Assembly: GCF_009914755.1 (NCBI RefSeq)
Contig: NC_060942.1
Strand: one strand, 5' to 3'
Source: the human T2T-CHM13v2.0 reference genome, Homo sapiens
Length of the DNA stretch: 64,000 nt
Shown here: piece by piece, positions 16,945 through 34,574 of the stretch
How positions within the stretch are numbered: the first letter of the stretch is position 1
How the letters are laid out: each line of letters opens with the position of its first letter
The notes under the pieces: generated by a model
The model's input: the letters and a program-made list of their open reading frames with translations, nothing else
What the model was told of the DNA's origin: nothing
The model's database searches: none
Position numbers and translations under genes: made by a program

Positions 16945-17785
16945 TCTGTCATTCTGATGCTTGTTTTCTATATGCCTTATATATTTTTTGGCTACTCTCA
17001 ATTCTTCTATTATTGTCTTCTGGTTTAACTGATTTTTACCATTTTGATTCTCTCCTCATTTCCTTTTCTATATATATTTAGTTTTTTTTTAGTACTTATT
17101 CTGAAGATTACGATTAGTATCCTAAATATATAACAATCCAGTTTGAATTGATACTAGCTTAACTTCAACAGCATCCCAAATTCTGCTTCTGTATAACTCT
17201 GTCCTTTACATTATTGTTGCAAATTACATCTTTATACATGATTGTTCATTATTATGAATTTATAATTATTGTTATTATATATGCATTTGTCTTCTAAATA
17301 ATATACAAAAAAAGCAGTTAAAAACCAAAAATATGGAGAGGCATGGTGGCTCACGCCTGTAATCCCAGCACTTTGGGAGGCCGAGGTGGGCGGATCGCCT
17401 GAGGTTGGACGTTCAAGACCAGCTTGGCCAGCATGGTGAAACCCCGTTTCTACTAAAAATACAGAAATTAGCCGGGCGTGGTGGCAGGTGCCTGTAATCC
17501 CAGCTACTCGGGAGGCTGAGGCAGCAGAATTGCTTGAACCCAGGAGCTGAGATCGCGCCATTGCACTCCAGCCTGGGCAACAGAGGAAGACTCCATCTCA
17601 AAAACAAAACAACCCAAAAATACAATAATACTGGTTTTTATGTTTACATATGTAGTTACCTATACTGTTGTTCTTTCTTAGTATGGCTTTGAATTACTGT
17701 CTAGTGTCTTTTTATTTCATCTTGAATGACTCCTTTTAGCATTCCTTGTAGAGTAGATCTGCTAGCAGGATTCCCTCAGCTCTTG
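16945..17785 (-). mobile_element. Old L1M fragment containing a sense AluS (~17339-17622) that has an internal deletion
   Basis: AT-rich L1M-like sequence (TTTAGCATTCCTTGTAG...GATCTGCTAGCA); the Alu right arm lacks GCGGAGGTTGCAGTG. Confidence 0.7.
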
Positions 17786-18714
17786 AGAGTGAGACTCTGT
17801 ATCAAAAAAAAAAAAAAAAGAGAAACGTACAGTGCATTATATACTGAACACATTTGCCATGCTAAATAATCCACTGGCATACAGACTTCTATAGCCTTCT
17901 ATATTATAGAAATAGTAACTTGTTTTAGTACTGTTTTAATAACTAGATATTATTTGTTTAAAGATACTTCTTATCAGCTCAAATAATATTTTGGGGGGAG
18001 ATTTTAATTTTTAAGGTTAATTTAGTGGCAATAATACATTTTTCCAAATCATACATTTATTCCTGGTTGTAATTTAGGCATTTATGAAACCTTTGTTAAC
18101 TCTCTGCATTCTGGAACCATTTGCCTAGTTAGGAAAAGATTTACTAAGTGGCACCTGAGTGGTCTAAGTCAATGGAGCTGCCTATGGTTGTGCTACATAC
18201 ATGGATTCCTGGCCAAGCGGGTGAGTAGGGTCACCTGGGCAGGGCTGCATCTGCTCAGAGGCAGGGAGTCTTTTTCTGCTTTGCAATAAAGAACTGTTTG
18301 AATGAGGTCATAGGACACTGATTAGATCCCTCATGTCAACAGGGTGGAAACTGCCCTGAGGAAAGCCAGCTCCTTGAGTCCCATGTGCCCTGCCAGTTTC
18401 TCAGTGTCAAAAACATATTGTATTCCCTCAGTGGTTTTCCCATCCTAGAAGCTCAGAAAATACATGTGGAGTTAATAAATGAATATTAACTGGAGAATAA
18501 TACGGGTTTAAAGTGATTATGCACATCTTAATTGTGAGAGGTGGGAAATAGAAGTGAGTTCTCCATTACTTTCAAGTTGCACCATATACTGTGCATACTG
18601 TGTATAGGAGTGATACCAAATATAGGGGGCAGAATGGTGAGAAGGAGGAATGGCCTAGTAATGAGGGGCTTTGCTCCCCTGCTTAATGCAGGGTATTGAT
18701 TTAACACACACAGA

Positions 18715-18950
18715 CAACACTTACTGATGCTTGGCACAGGTCTAAAGCATATTACACATTGAGTTCTTGATTGTCACAACAATTTATGAATGTATGAAGG
18801 AGGTACAATTAGCATGCTTCTTTTACAAATGAGGAAACTGAAGCGCACAGAAGTTAAGTGATGTGTCCAAGATCACACACTTAGTATGTGGTAAATCCAG
18901 ATTTAAACCCAGGTACTCTGGCTGCAGAATTCACGCTCTTACCCGCTATA
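18715..18950 (-). mobile_element. MIR
   Basis: TTTTACAAATGAGGAAACTGAAGC...GTTAAGTGA...CCAAGATCACAC core. Confidence 0.85.
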
Positions 18951-19349
18951 CTACTGTCACAGACATGCTAACTACTCCTTCCTCTGAGTTCCAGCTAAAC
19001 TTTGCGTTGCCTTGCTAATGCCACTTATCACCTTGGAGCCATCCATTATCATGTCTGTCTCCTTATTAGGATCATGAGCTTCCTGAGGGTGGGGCCCTGT
19101 CTTCCTGTTCATGTCTGGACAGAGTATTGAGATGCCCCATAGAGTAGAATTCCTGTGCAAAGTATGCTGCACTGTTTCCTTGTGGAAGCTTGTCTTAGAC
19201 ACCCCATCAATGCTTTTTGAAGAAATATTCAAAAGGCAACACCACCATAGAATTTACTTATCAGAGCAACACCCTGATGGAATTGCTGTTTGATTTTAAA
19301 AGTACCTGAATTTCAACAATCTGTCTTCTGGAAGACAGGTGTGGCCCTG

Positions 19350-19572
19350 CTGTGTCTGATGCAGTGGCTGAACCCAATGCCCAGGACTGGACTCCCAGAA
19401 GCTGGAAGAGGCAAGGAAGGATCCTTCCTCTACATATTTCAGAGGGAGGGCAGTCTTGCTGACACCTTGATTTTGGTCTTGTAGCCTCCAGCATGGTGAG
19501 AGAGAAATTTCAGTTGTTCTAAGCCACCCATTTTGTGCTACTTTGTATGGCAGCCTTAGAAACTTAATGCAG
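19350..19572 (+). mobile_element. MLT1 LTR 3' half
   Basis: CCAGAAGCTGGAAGAGGCAAGGAAGGAT...GACACCTTGATTTTGG...TAAGCCACCC. Confidence 0.8.
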
Positions 19573-19812
19573 TAACTTTAGCTTCAACTCAGTTAACCAG
19601 CAGTTGTATTGACCATTCAGTGTATGCGTGTTATCCCTGTTTGGGAGAGCAGCAGAGAGGGGACCCTGCATGAGGCTCTGTGTGTAGTTCTAGGGTCCTG
19701 GTTTGTGAGACTTTGCAACCTGATAACTCAAAATGTGGCCCCTAAAAAGAATGAGAAGAGCTCTAGGCTGAACAAATATTTAGAGATCACGCACATTATG
19801 AGTCATCCTTAA

Positions 19813-20068
19813 GGCCAGGAATGGTGGCTCATACTTATAATCCTAGCACTTTGGGAGGCTGAGGCGGGTGAATCACTTGAGGTCAGGAGTTTAAAACCAG
19901 CCTGGCCAAATAAAAAATAAATTAGCTGGGCATGGTGGCGTGTGCCTGTAATCCCATCTACTTGGGAGGCTGAAGCAGGAGAATTGCTTGAACCCAGAGG
20001 TGGAGGCTGCAGTGAGCCGAGATCACACCACTGCACTCCAGCCTGGGTGACACAGCAAGACTCCATCT

Positions 20069-20108
<40 letters not shown>
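19813..20108 (+). mobile_element. AluS with left-arm deletion and A39 tail
   Basis: Lacks CATGGTGAAACCCCGTCTCTAC; pure A run at 20070-20108. Confidence 0.92.
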
Positions 20109-20110
<2 letters not shown>

Positions 20111-20740
20111 AATATGTGCACTTCTTTATGGCAGTAAGCTGTGTTGTGTGTGTCTTACCCCTGATCCTTGCTTAATGCATGTGGGGTGGCCCGAGTTTGG
20201 GGGTGGTGCATACCTGTGAGCCTTGGATCCACCTTTTGAACAGAGCCCAGTGGTTGGATAATTCCTCCACTACTAGTGAGGGCTCAGAGGGCTGCTTTAG
20301 GGGAGGGCAGGGATGGAATTGTGAAATGAAAGCTCCTATTCCCTATGTCGTGGGATTGGCTCTGCAGAGACTAAATATTGCCAAACATTTGTGTGCATGA
20401 AAGACATTGGTGGCAAAGATTCTATGCAAGATAGTTTGCACAGTAATTTGATGAGAATGCAAACATTTCAGACTTTTAAATTTTCTTACATGTTTCCAGG
20501 CTGCTTTCCTATTTTATTATGAGGACTTAGCATTTACTGTATCTTTAATGTATCATTGAATTCTAAATGTTTTTGATGAACTAGAAAAAGTAGCAGCATG
20601 TTCTGGGAGACTTCATTAGGAAAATCACTAAATAAGCTTGTTATAAACTTATTGAGTTCTCTTTCTTTTATTTTATTTCATTATCTTCTAGGTAAACTTA
20701 TTAGACTTTTCTTTGAATAAAAATATAGCTGTTAAAGTAA

Positions 20741-21069
<329 letters not shown>

Positions 21070-21800
21070 ATAGATGAACTCTTTATTCTCTTTCTCTGAG
21101 CAGGTGCTGGCTTAGAAGAGATTCTTTCAACCTTTCCTATACTTGATGCTACCTGCAGCATCCTCATTTTCTTTGATCACTTGCCTTGGTTCTGGGGTGT
21201 GGTCTTTCTCTGGCTACTCCACATGTGACTGTCACTGCAGCTTAAGAAAATTGTAGCTGAAGCAAGCCACAGTAGAACTGCCTGACTAAATATGAGGAAG
21301 AGGAGGCCAAGGACCTTTAGAATCATTACAAAGATGTTTGTAAGCAGCGGTTCTCCATCTTCATGGGAGATTAAATAGGAAGGAGGGTGTAATGTTGCAG
21401 CACAAAGTACTGGGATTTGCTACAGAGAAGAACTTCCTGTGCTAAGCATGCTGCACCACTGAAATGATTTCTGAAGAGGAGGGTGAGGACTTCATCTTTA
21501 GGTCAAAATCCTCTGTGTGATCTTTTAGCCCCCAACATTTGCAATTACAAGGCTTTACTTGGGAGGCCTCATGGGGGAAAGCTGCCCTCCCCATGCCTGA
21601 CTTGGTGCACAGTGAATGCATTGCAATTTTCTGGAGGGAGTTTTGGTCAACGACGCAGGCTGTACTGGCTCAGGAGCCTCTCATATACATATCTGCATTC
21701 CTGACCCAGGAGCCTCTATTCTGGGGGCTCCCTTATCAGGAGCCTTGGCTGAGGCTCTTCCCAGGTGCCTCCACTGAGACTTCCTTACTGGTACACCATA

Positions 21801-22047
21801 CAGGTTGGGAATCCCTCATCCAAAAATCCAAAATCCCAAATGCTCCCAAATCCACAACTTTTTGAGTGCCAGCATGACGTTCAAAGAAGTGCTCATTGGA
21901 GCTTCCTGGATTTTGGATTTTTGGATTAGAAATGCTTAACTGGTAAGTATAATATAAATATTCCAATACCCGCCCCCCGCCCCAAAAAAAAATCCCGAAT
22001 CTGAAACATTTTTGGCCTCAAGTATTTCGGATAAAGGATACTCAACC

Positions 22048-22049
<2 letters not shown>
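21801..22049. mobile_element. MER46-like TcMar-Tigger MITE
   Basis: TIRs CAGGTTGGGAATCCCT / GGATACTCAACCTG preceded by TA; internal inverted repeat ATCCAAAAATCCAAAAT / ATTTTGGATTTTTGGAT. Confidence 0.8.
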
Positions 22050-22816
<767 letters not shown>

Positions 22817-23234
22817 TTAATAAAGTCTGGGTTGGTGCTTCATTTGGACTCATTGTCTTAATTGACCGCTTTAACAGCTGGAAGCTCAACAGAGGCTGGA
22901 AGACTGACTTTTGAGGTGATTCTTAAAGTAGATTCCAATCAACTAATAAGAATGGTGCTGCCTGGAGACAAGCGTGCCCACGCACTTGTGGGTAATGTCC
23001 ATTCACTTCTATATTTAGCAAATATTTATTGGCATCTACTATGTGCCAGGTATAGGGGATGGTGATATAAGGGGCTGGAAGTACAGTTACAAGGCAGAAA
23101 AGACCCCTGTCCTCACTGAGCTAACCTCCCATGGGGAGACTGTAGCCGTTGAGTAAATATAATAATTGTAGGTTGTTATTTTGCCTTAGAGAGAATAAAC
23201 AGGATTCTGTGATAAAAATTAAAGAGGAGATGAT

Positions 23235-23291
23235 GGCCAGGGTGCGGTGGCTCACGCCTGTAATCCTAACAGTTTGGGAGGCTGAGGCGGG

Positions 23292-23331
<40 letters not shown>

Positions 23332-23346
23332 AAAGAAAAGAAGGAA
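23235..23346 (+). mobile_element. Alu 5' stub (~60 nt) fused to (GA)n/(GAAAA)n, within an L2-like relic
   Basis: GGCCAGGGTGCGGTGGCTCACGCCTGTAATCC...GGGCAGAT then AG repeats; flanked by AGGAGATGATG direct repeats. Confidence 0.8.
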
Positions 23347-24015
23347 AGGAGATGATGTTGGTGCAGAAACCTGAGTAACCTGAGGGTTGAGAGGAAGGCA
23401 GCCTCACAACGAGGTTGGGAGAGGGCGACCCTGGAGGCCTGAGGCCCCTGAGGCGGGAACATGCTTGGTGTGTTCCAGGAACTCAGAAAGCCACATGACT
23501 GTTGTTGTTACACGTTTTGAATGTTGTCCCTGAGTGAGACCTCTGTGGTCTTTCTAGAATTTATACATATTTCACTTTATTTTTGTATGTATTGATACCC
23601 TTTCTGGTCCTCAAAAATATTTAAGTGAGTGATAAAACTAAAAAGCTGAGATGAGGGAATTGGGAATGTGGGAAAAGAAAGCAGGAAAAAGTGTAATTGT
23701 TTCATAAAGGGGTTAAAATAATAACTGAAATAGAACTGAGAGGGAAAAACCTGGTTTGAGGAATGCGTCAGGTTGGGGTCAGACTATCTCCTTGAGGAAG
23801 GTGTCTGGTTCTCATAGATCAGTAGTTGATGGTTGATTGTGTAAACTACCAGGAAAGACCTCTTTCATAAATCTAGGCTAAGAGGAAGTACTTTGGGTTT
23901 GGGGTATTAATTGGGCAGGCCTAGATGTGGCCTGGCCCACATTGTAAACTTGCGTTTGCCTTGGAGCAGATGACTTACATATCATTAAAGCTGCCAAACA
24001 CCCCACTGACAGTAA

Positions 24016-24581
24016 TGTCAGAGGCGTTCGAACTAGAGAGACTCCATCTTGAGTGACAGCTAGGAAAATAAGGCTGGGACGTGCTGGGCTGCATTCCCAG
24101 AAAGCTAGGTATTCCTAGCCTGGAGATGCTTACAGTTAGGGGAATAGATTGATAATGTTTACTAAGCAGACCCAGACTTGGGAGTGTCCTAATATCCTGA
24201 TATCTTGAGAACAAAGGCATTCCTAATTTTGCTTTAAAGATAATAATATTGATTCTCGCAAAATATAGTAATTACGAAAATTAATCCTTTATCACAAACC
24301 CTTGCAGCAGAGCACATCTCCCCATGATCTTTTTTTATCCTATATAAAATATTTTATTTATCCTTATCTAAAGATCCATGATCTTTTTTTGTCCTTACCT
24401 TACCTAGGTAAGACATGTTCCTCCTCTTACTTTCGGGAATGCCCTACTCTGTTTATGGAGTAGCTGTTCCTTCACCACATTACTTTCTTAATAAACTTGC
24501 TTTTGCTTCGCACTGAATTCTTTCTTGCACGAGATCCAAGAACCCTCTTGGAGCCTGGATTGGGCCCCCTTTCCTGTAACA
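24016..24581 (+). mobile_element. MER41-family (ERV1) solo LTR, 566 bp
   Basis: TGTCAGAGGCGTTCGAAC...ACTCCATCTTG start, TGTAACA end, 4-bp TSD GTAA, TATATAAAA at 24341, AATAAA at 24490. Confidence 0.92.
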
Positions 24582-24759
24582 GTAACATGCCAACACTACA
24601 CATAGGGAACAGGAAAATAGCGAGAGAAGTAGAAGGAAGAGGATTGCATGGAAACCGTTGAAAAATTGGGCTTTAAGACTTCCAGAAAGAACTTCTTGAG
24701 TTCTTTCAAGAGGGAACCAGTTGGTACCAGGAGCCTAAAGTAGATGTACAGTGTCATAA

Positions 24760-25269
24760 TTAAGAGTATGGGCTTTGGAATTAATAGAGCTGGCTTTAAA
24801 TGTATTCCTTCCTAAAGACATGACCTTGAGTGAGTTATTTAACTTTTATGAGACTTGGTTTCATCATCTGTAAAATGGGGACACCATACAGTTATTATGA
24901 GGATTACATGAGGTAAATCATAATGCATCTGGAACACAGTTAGTGTTTAATAAATGGTAACTTTTTTCTTTTCTTTTCTTTTTTTTTGAGGCACAATCTC
25001 ACTCTGTCGCCTGGGCTCGAGTGTGGTGGCATGATCTCAGCTCACTGCAGCCTCTACCTCCTGGGCTCAGGTGATCCTCCTACCTCAGCCTCCTGAGTAG
25101 CTGGAACTACAGGGGCGTGCCACCATGCCCAGCTAATTTTTGCAGTTTTTGTAGAGTTGGTGTTTCGCCATGTTGCCCAGGCTGGTCTCAAACTCCTGGG
25201 CTCAATCTATCCTCTCATCTCCGCCTCCAAAAGTGCTGGGATTACAGGCATGAGCCACCACGCCCTGTC
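24760..25269. mobile_element. MIR (+) followed by antisense AluJ (24962-25269)
   Basis: CATCTGTAAAATGGGG MIR core; Alu with TSD TAA(A/G)TGGTAACT. Confidence 0.85.
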
Positions 25270-25839
25270 ATAAGTGGTAACTCTAATTAAATATTGTTGA
25301 GAAATCTATTTTGGTAAGAAAGTCAAAATAATAAGACACTGATAAAAGGGGTCAGATGTGATGAGGTGCGGAGATTAGGAGAATGAGGCATTGTTGCCTG
25401 GGAAACCTCTTTTTGAATGGAAATAAATCATAATGAAGAAATATATTGTGACCAAAAGAATAACTCTCACTTCCTTTTTCCTCTCTGATTTGGCCATGAT
25501 AAGCAAGGAAGGTGAGTACCTGAGAAGTCTCTGAAACTGGTGAGACTCTGCCCAGAGATGGAAGAGCTGAGTTGGGCATGAGTGGAGCTTTCTGGCCAGA
25601 GCGGGCAAGTGGTCAGAAGTTAGGAGCTGAGAATAGGTTCTGGGGAGGCCCTGCTCATGGAACACATGGATTTCCATTAGGGTAGAAGAAGCGAGTCTAG
25701 ATTTCATTAGACTGTGCTTTCTAATAGCTGAATTTAGTGACACAGGTATCAGTCTGCAATTACTGCCTTCCTTCCTGTGGTTGGTTAAAAACTTCTGAGT
25801 AACTAAATATAGTTTCTGCCATTTTAATTTATGAATCAA

Positions 25840-26215
25840 ATCAACTAATACTGAGTGCCTACCCTGTGCCAGATACCAATCTAGGTTTATAGTAGTGAGC
25901 AAAATTGATGAAGCCCTGCCCTCAGAGCAGTTATAATCCAATAAAGAGGATAATTTAAAAAGGAAATGATTTGCAATTTCCGCTGAGGATGAAGAGAAGC
26001 GGGTAGGGGAATAGACACGGAGATAGAGGGCAGCACTGCTTTAGATGGAGTTGCTAAGGAAGACTGCCGAAAAGAGACTTCAGTCTGGGAGAAGCGTGTT
26101 CCTGGGAGAGCGAACAGCATGTGCAAAGACCCTGAGGCAGGAGCAGCCTTGGAGTGATTGAGAAACAGCCAGAGAGTCAGTGTGGGTCAAATGGAGTGAG
26201 TGGGGGAAAAGTGCG
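25840..26215 (-). mobile_element. L2 fragment
   Basis: TACTGAGTGCCTAC...TGTGCCAG; GAACAGCATGTGCAAAGACCCTGAGGCAGGA. Confidence 0.8.
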
Positions 26216-26599
26216 AGGTTGTTTCAAGCACATTTGTTTTAATCCTGATCGGAATGATCTAGAAGAAATGAGATGCAGTGGGGAGAGAGAGAGGAGAGAG
26301 AGAGACAGAGAGAGTGAGTGTCAGGGGACAGGAGCTTCTCCATACCAACGGTAGGCAGGTATATGGGTACAGATGTTGTGAGGTTTGTAGATTATGAAGA
26401 TGAGCAAGTTAAGCAAATTCACGAGGTGAGGGGAAGGGGGTGGGAGTTTGAGGAGCAAGGAGAATGTGTGAAATAACTTCCAGGAGAGTGAAAGAGTAAA
26501 TATAGTGAAATATTACATCAATATAGAAAAACACAGTTCTCAGTTGTCTATGGAGGGAGAAGACTAACGGCAAGCATCTTCCTTTCTAAAGGAAGCTTC

Positions 26600-26897
<298 letters not shown>

Positions 26898-27839
26898 TTA
26901 AAAATATCCTCCTTACCTGGTTGTGTCTGACTCACAGGCTGGTGGTGCCCAGCAGGGGAGATACATGTTTTCTGGCCAAGCCCAAATCTCTGGTGCCCAA
27001 ATCTCTGAGGCACCCGCAGATTCAGATGCTACACCTCATACGGCTAGACAGCTATTCCCCCTCTTCCTTGTCTCTTGTCTTCCCTTCTCCAGCATCCCCT
27101 CTTGGGCTAATTCTCAGGTTCTATCTTGGCTCTACCACTTAGACCAATTGCTCCACCTCTTTGTGTCTGTTTCCCTCTCTATAAAAGGGTCTGATGCTTG
27201 TGTCTACCTTGTAGATTTGTCATGGAAATTGAGTTAATGCATATAAAGTGCAAGGGGCCACGTCTGGCACATGGATGTTTCCTTTTGTCATTACTACCAT
27301 CAATGTAGCTACTTCTATGACTGCTGCAGCACTGTCTATGGCTAGTGGTGCACCCATATGTGCCAGTCGTCACTGCCTCTGAGGTTCCCAGACTGCAGTG
27401 GGCAGAAGAATCCTTTGGAGTGCTTTTATAAAATTCTGATGCCTAGCTCCCACTAGAGATGCTGATTCTAAGTCCAGAAGCGTCTGCATTTCCAGCAAGC
27501 ACTCCAGTGGTTCCAATGGTGGTATGATCACACCACCTGGTGTCTACTTCATGGATGACATCTCATTTAATCTTCAAACCACTGCGTAAGATAGGCAGTA
27601 TTAACCCATTATAATAAAGAGAAAATGGAGCTCAAGGGAGTCTACATAATTCAACTAACGTTCCATAGCTGTGACTGGTAGCCATCAGGATTTGAATTTC
27701 CATCTATTCTACTCCAAAATGTAGAGTAGTTAAATGAGTTAAATGGAATGAGTTGAAATGAATTCAAAGGACTCCCCCACCTAGAATTTGGAGTTTTGCA
27801 GACAATTGCTTAACTGCTTCTTTTTAAAAAGGGGTGTGT

Positions 27840-27929
27840 CCAACATGGCACATGTATACATATGTAACAAACCTGCATGTTGTGCACATGTACCCTAGAA
27901 CTTAAAGTATAATAATAATTAAAAAAAAA
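27840..27929 (+). mobile_element. Extremely 5'-truncated L1PA 3' end (~90 bp)
   Basis: CCAACATGGCACATGTATACATATGTAACAAACCTGCA...CCCTAGAACTTAAAGTATAATAA + poly(A); TSD AAAAAGG(G/T)GTGTGT at a TTTT/AAAAA site. Confidence 0.92.
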
Positions 27930-29718
27930 GGTGTGTGTGTGTGTGTTTAAATACCTGGAACCAACTTTGAGTCCCTTGTTTTAGCTCTCTCCCAAATCCC
28001 TATCTCTAGGAACCAGGCACATTAGAGATGTCATCTTCCACCCCCTGGTGCCATGAAACCTTGTGTGTGGGAGTCGCAGAGCTGGGTGTTCACCACTCAC
28101 CCCAGTATATTTAGGATACGTTCAGGAAATTCACAGAACACTTGCCCAAATCTTCAGTAACCACACCTAAATGCCTTTGTGACTCTCAAAAGGGAGAATG
28201 CTCTGAACAAGGTCTTTGCAAAGGAGCAATTCCAAGTTAGGAAGGGAGCCCAGGATGTCCTATACATCAGGCCTCCAGCTGGCTTGGGTTTGGGCACTTG
28301 AGACACCATGGCCTCCGGAACCTTAGTGAGTGATGGCTATAGGAGCAGAGGTTCGTGGAAACATGAATGTGGTAATTTGTAGTGGGGCTGTTGATGGATG
28401 AACGTTGGTTAAATGCTTATCTTGCCGGGCTTTTTGTGCCTGCCACAAGGGCGTGCATCTGAACCTCTGCCAGACAGATTTCTCTCCCCAGCTGGGTCTC
28501 TTCCCATACATCTGATAGTGGGCAGGTGTATATAGAGTCATATAATTGTCATTCCAGGGCTGTTTCACACCGTCCAAATCTAAGACAGCACCTTTTGATG
28601 TAGCTCACAAGAGCAGCTTGGCCAGGAGGAAAGTGTTCCAGGCCATAAGTAACATTATCAGGCACACACGCAGTTCCTGGCCCCAGCACGACCTAGCTGT
28701 GTGGTTTGAGATGAAGCACTTCACCTCTCTGAGCTGTTTCTTCATCTTTAAGTTTTGAATACTTTGATATAAAGTTCACAGTGTTCTGGAGATTAAGCAA
28801 AGTAAAGCACAGTGTTCCTTTGCTGGGCTCCCACACCCCAGTGCTAGCTTGCCCCAGCATCTTTTGGTAATGTGCAGTGGTTGAGTTACTTCTCTTGTCT
28901 CCCACTAACTTTCTTTAGGGACAGATCCAGCTCTTAGTGTTTGTTTGTTTGTTTTTACCACAGTATCTAACATAGTGCTCTACCCATGGTAGGTAATTTG
29001 GATAAGTTGAATAAATGAATGAATGTTCAAACAAAAACCCCCAGAAACTACGTTAGGGAGCACTGCTATAATCATCCTCTAGCTTCTTGGAGGAATATAG
29101 TATTTACATTGTGAATTCTAAAGGCTTTTTAGTTAAGAAAGATCATAAAAAATGTTAGGAACTAGGAGAGACTACTTTTTTCCATCCTTCTGAAAAAGGG
29201 TAGGTCATTCTGTGGGCTTCTGGTTTATTCTCTGGAGACTGCCAAATTTGGAGCTCAACTCTGCTTAGTTGTTTATGGGAACAGTCCTATCTCCTTTCTT
29301 CATAGCCCCTTCCATTACATTTTCTGTTTCCCATCTGAATAGGCTAATAATATAATAGCCTTGGTGCAATTCCAAGTGTGAGTCCCTTGTTCTGTTTATC
29401 TTTCAGTGTTCTCATCTCTCTGTCTAGAATGGCATTTGGTACAGAGTAGATGATCATCATAGGTTTGTTGCATGGATGGATGAATAATTGAACATGGGAG
29501 TTCTCTGTTCCTTTTCTTCTCTGACTTCTATCAGTTTTTGCCCTGCTTTATTTATTTATGGGTGTTTTTAAAATATCGGACATCAGGCACGGAGTTAGAT
29601 TATGGATTAGTCATAACACTCAGTTTATGAGATATTTATATACACAAATATATATTGCATACATCTGCCCACTACCAGATGTATGGGAAGAGACCCAGCT
29701 CGGGAATGTATTATCATG

Positions 29719-33000
<3,282 letters not shown>

Positions 33001-33009
33001 TTGGGTCTT

Positions 33010-33657
<648 letters not shown>

Positions 33658-34040
33658 TAATGTAAATAATTTTATCTTTAAATAAATAATAACAGTTTTA
33701 TTTCGTTTATTCCAAATGTTATACATCTGTTTTTTTCTCCTGCCTTTAAAAAAATCCTTCTTGTTCTTGTCTCTTGCCCATTTTTTACTTTCAATTCTTG
33801 TGGAAAACACCAGGTTGAGTCAGAAATAGCAGAGACTTATAAATATATAAGACCTTTTATTTTGTGTATGACCATGAAGCAGTAAAGTTGGTATAAGCGT
33901 CTGTTGGAAGATATGGCTACAGAAAAAATAAAGTGGCCTGTCCCAGTGATACTCATGGGAAGGAAAGAGCCTCCTCAATGATCTTCCATCTGAGAAGTCC
34001 CATGGATTCTTTTCTCTTCTGCTCCACAAGTTTGATTGTC

Positions 34041-34574
34041 TTTTCTTTCTTTCTTTCTTTTTTTCTGGTGAATTAGCCAGCCAGACTCAGTTTAGATGAT
34101 CCCAATTTTGTTGGCAACATCCAAAGCATTGTAATCAGGAGCCAGTTGAACATATGCCTTCTTCTCTCCATCAGGCCTAATCAGGGTGTTGACTTTGGCC
34201 ACATCAATGTCATAGAGCTTCTTCACAGCCTGTTTGATTTGGTGTTTGTTGGCTTTAACATCCACAACGAACACAAGTGTGTTGCTGTCTTCTATCTTCT
34301 TCATGGCGGACTCAGTGGTCAGCAGAAACTTGATGATAGCATAGTGGTCAAGCTTGTTCTCCTGGGGGCGCTCTGCCGAGGATATTTGGGCTGCCTCTGG
34401 AGTCGCCGTGTCGTGGGCCGCCGGAAGGTGGGTGACGTGCAGATCTTTTTTTGTGTGGCTGTGGACACCTTTAAACACTGCCTTCTTGGCCTTCAAAACC
34501 TTCGTTTTGGCTTCAGCTTTAGGAGGGACAGGAGCTTCCTTCTTCGCCTTCGGCGCCATCTTGTGAAAAGACCG
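34041..34574 (-). pseudogene. RPL23A (uL23) processed pseudogene, antisense in intron 1 (possibly the locus catalogued as RPL23AP77; from memory, unverified)
   Basis: Intronless [10 protein letters not shown]...[11 protein letters not shown]...VANKIGII (ATG 34559, TAA 34092), pyrimidine-rich 5' leader, degenerate poly(A) at 34041-34064, 14-bp TSD CAAGTTTGATT(G/T)TC at 34027-34040 and 34575-34588. Confidence 0.96.

Noticed and set aside
21671-21745. CAGGAGCCT repeated three times with 36- and 30-nt spacing
   Set aside because: Too short and irregular for a CRISPR-like or minisatellite array; eukaryotic context with no cas genes
21818-21927. Long imperfect hairpin resembling a pre-miRNA
   Set aside because: Explained by the internal inverted repeat of the MER46/Tigger MITE
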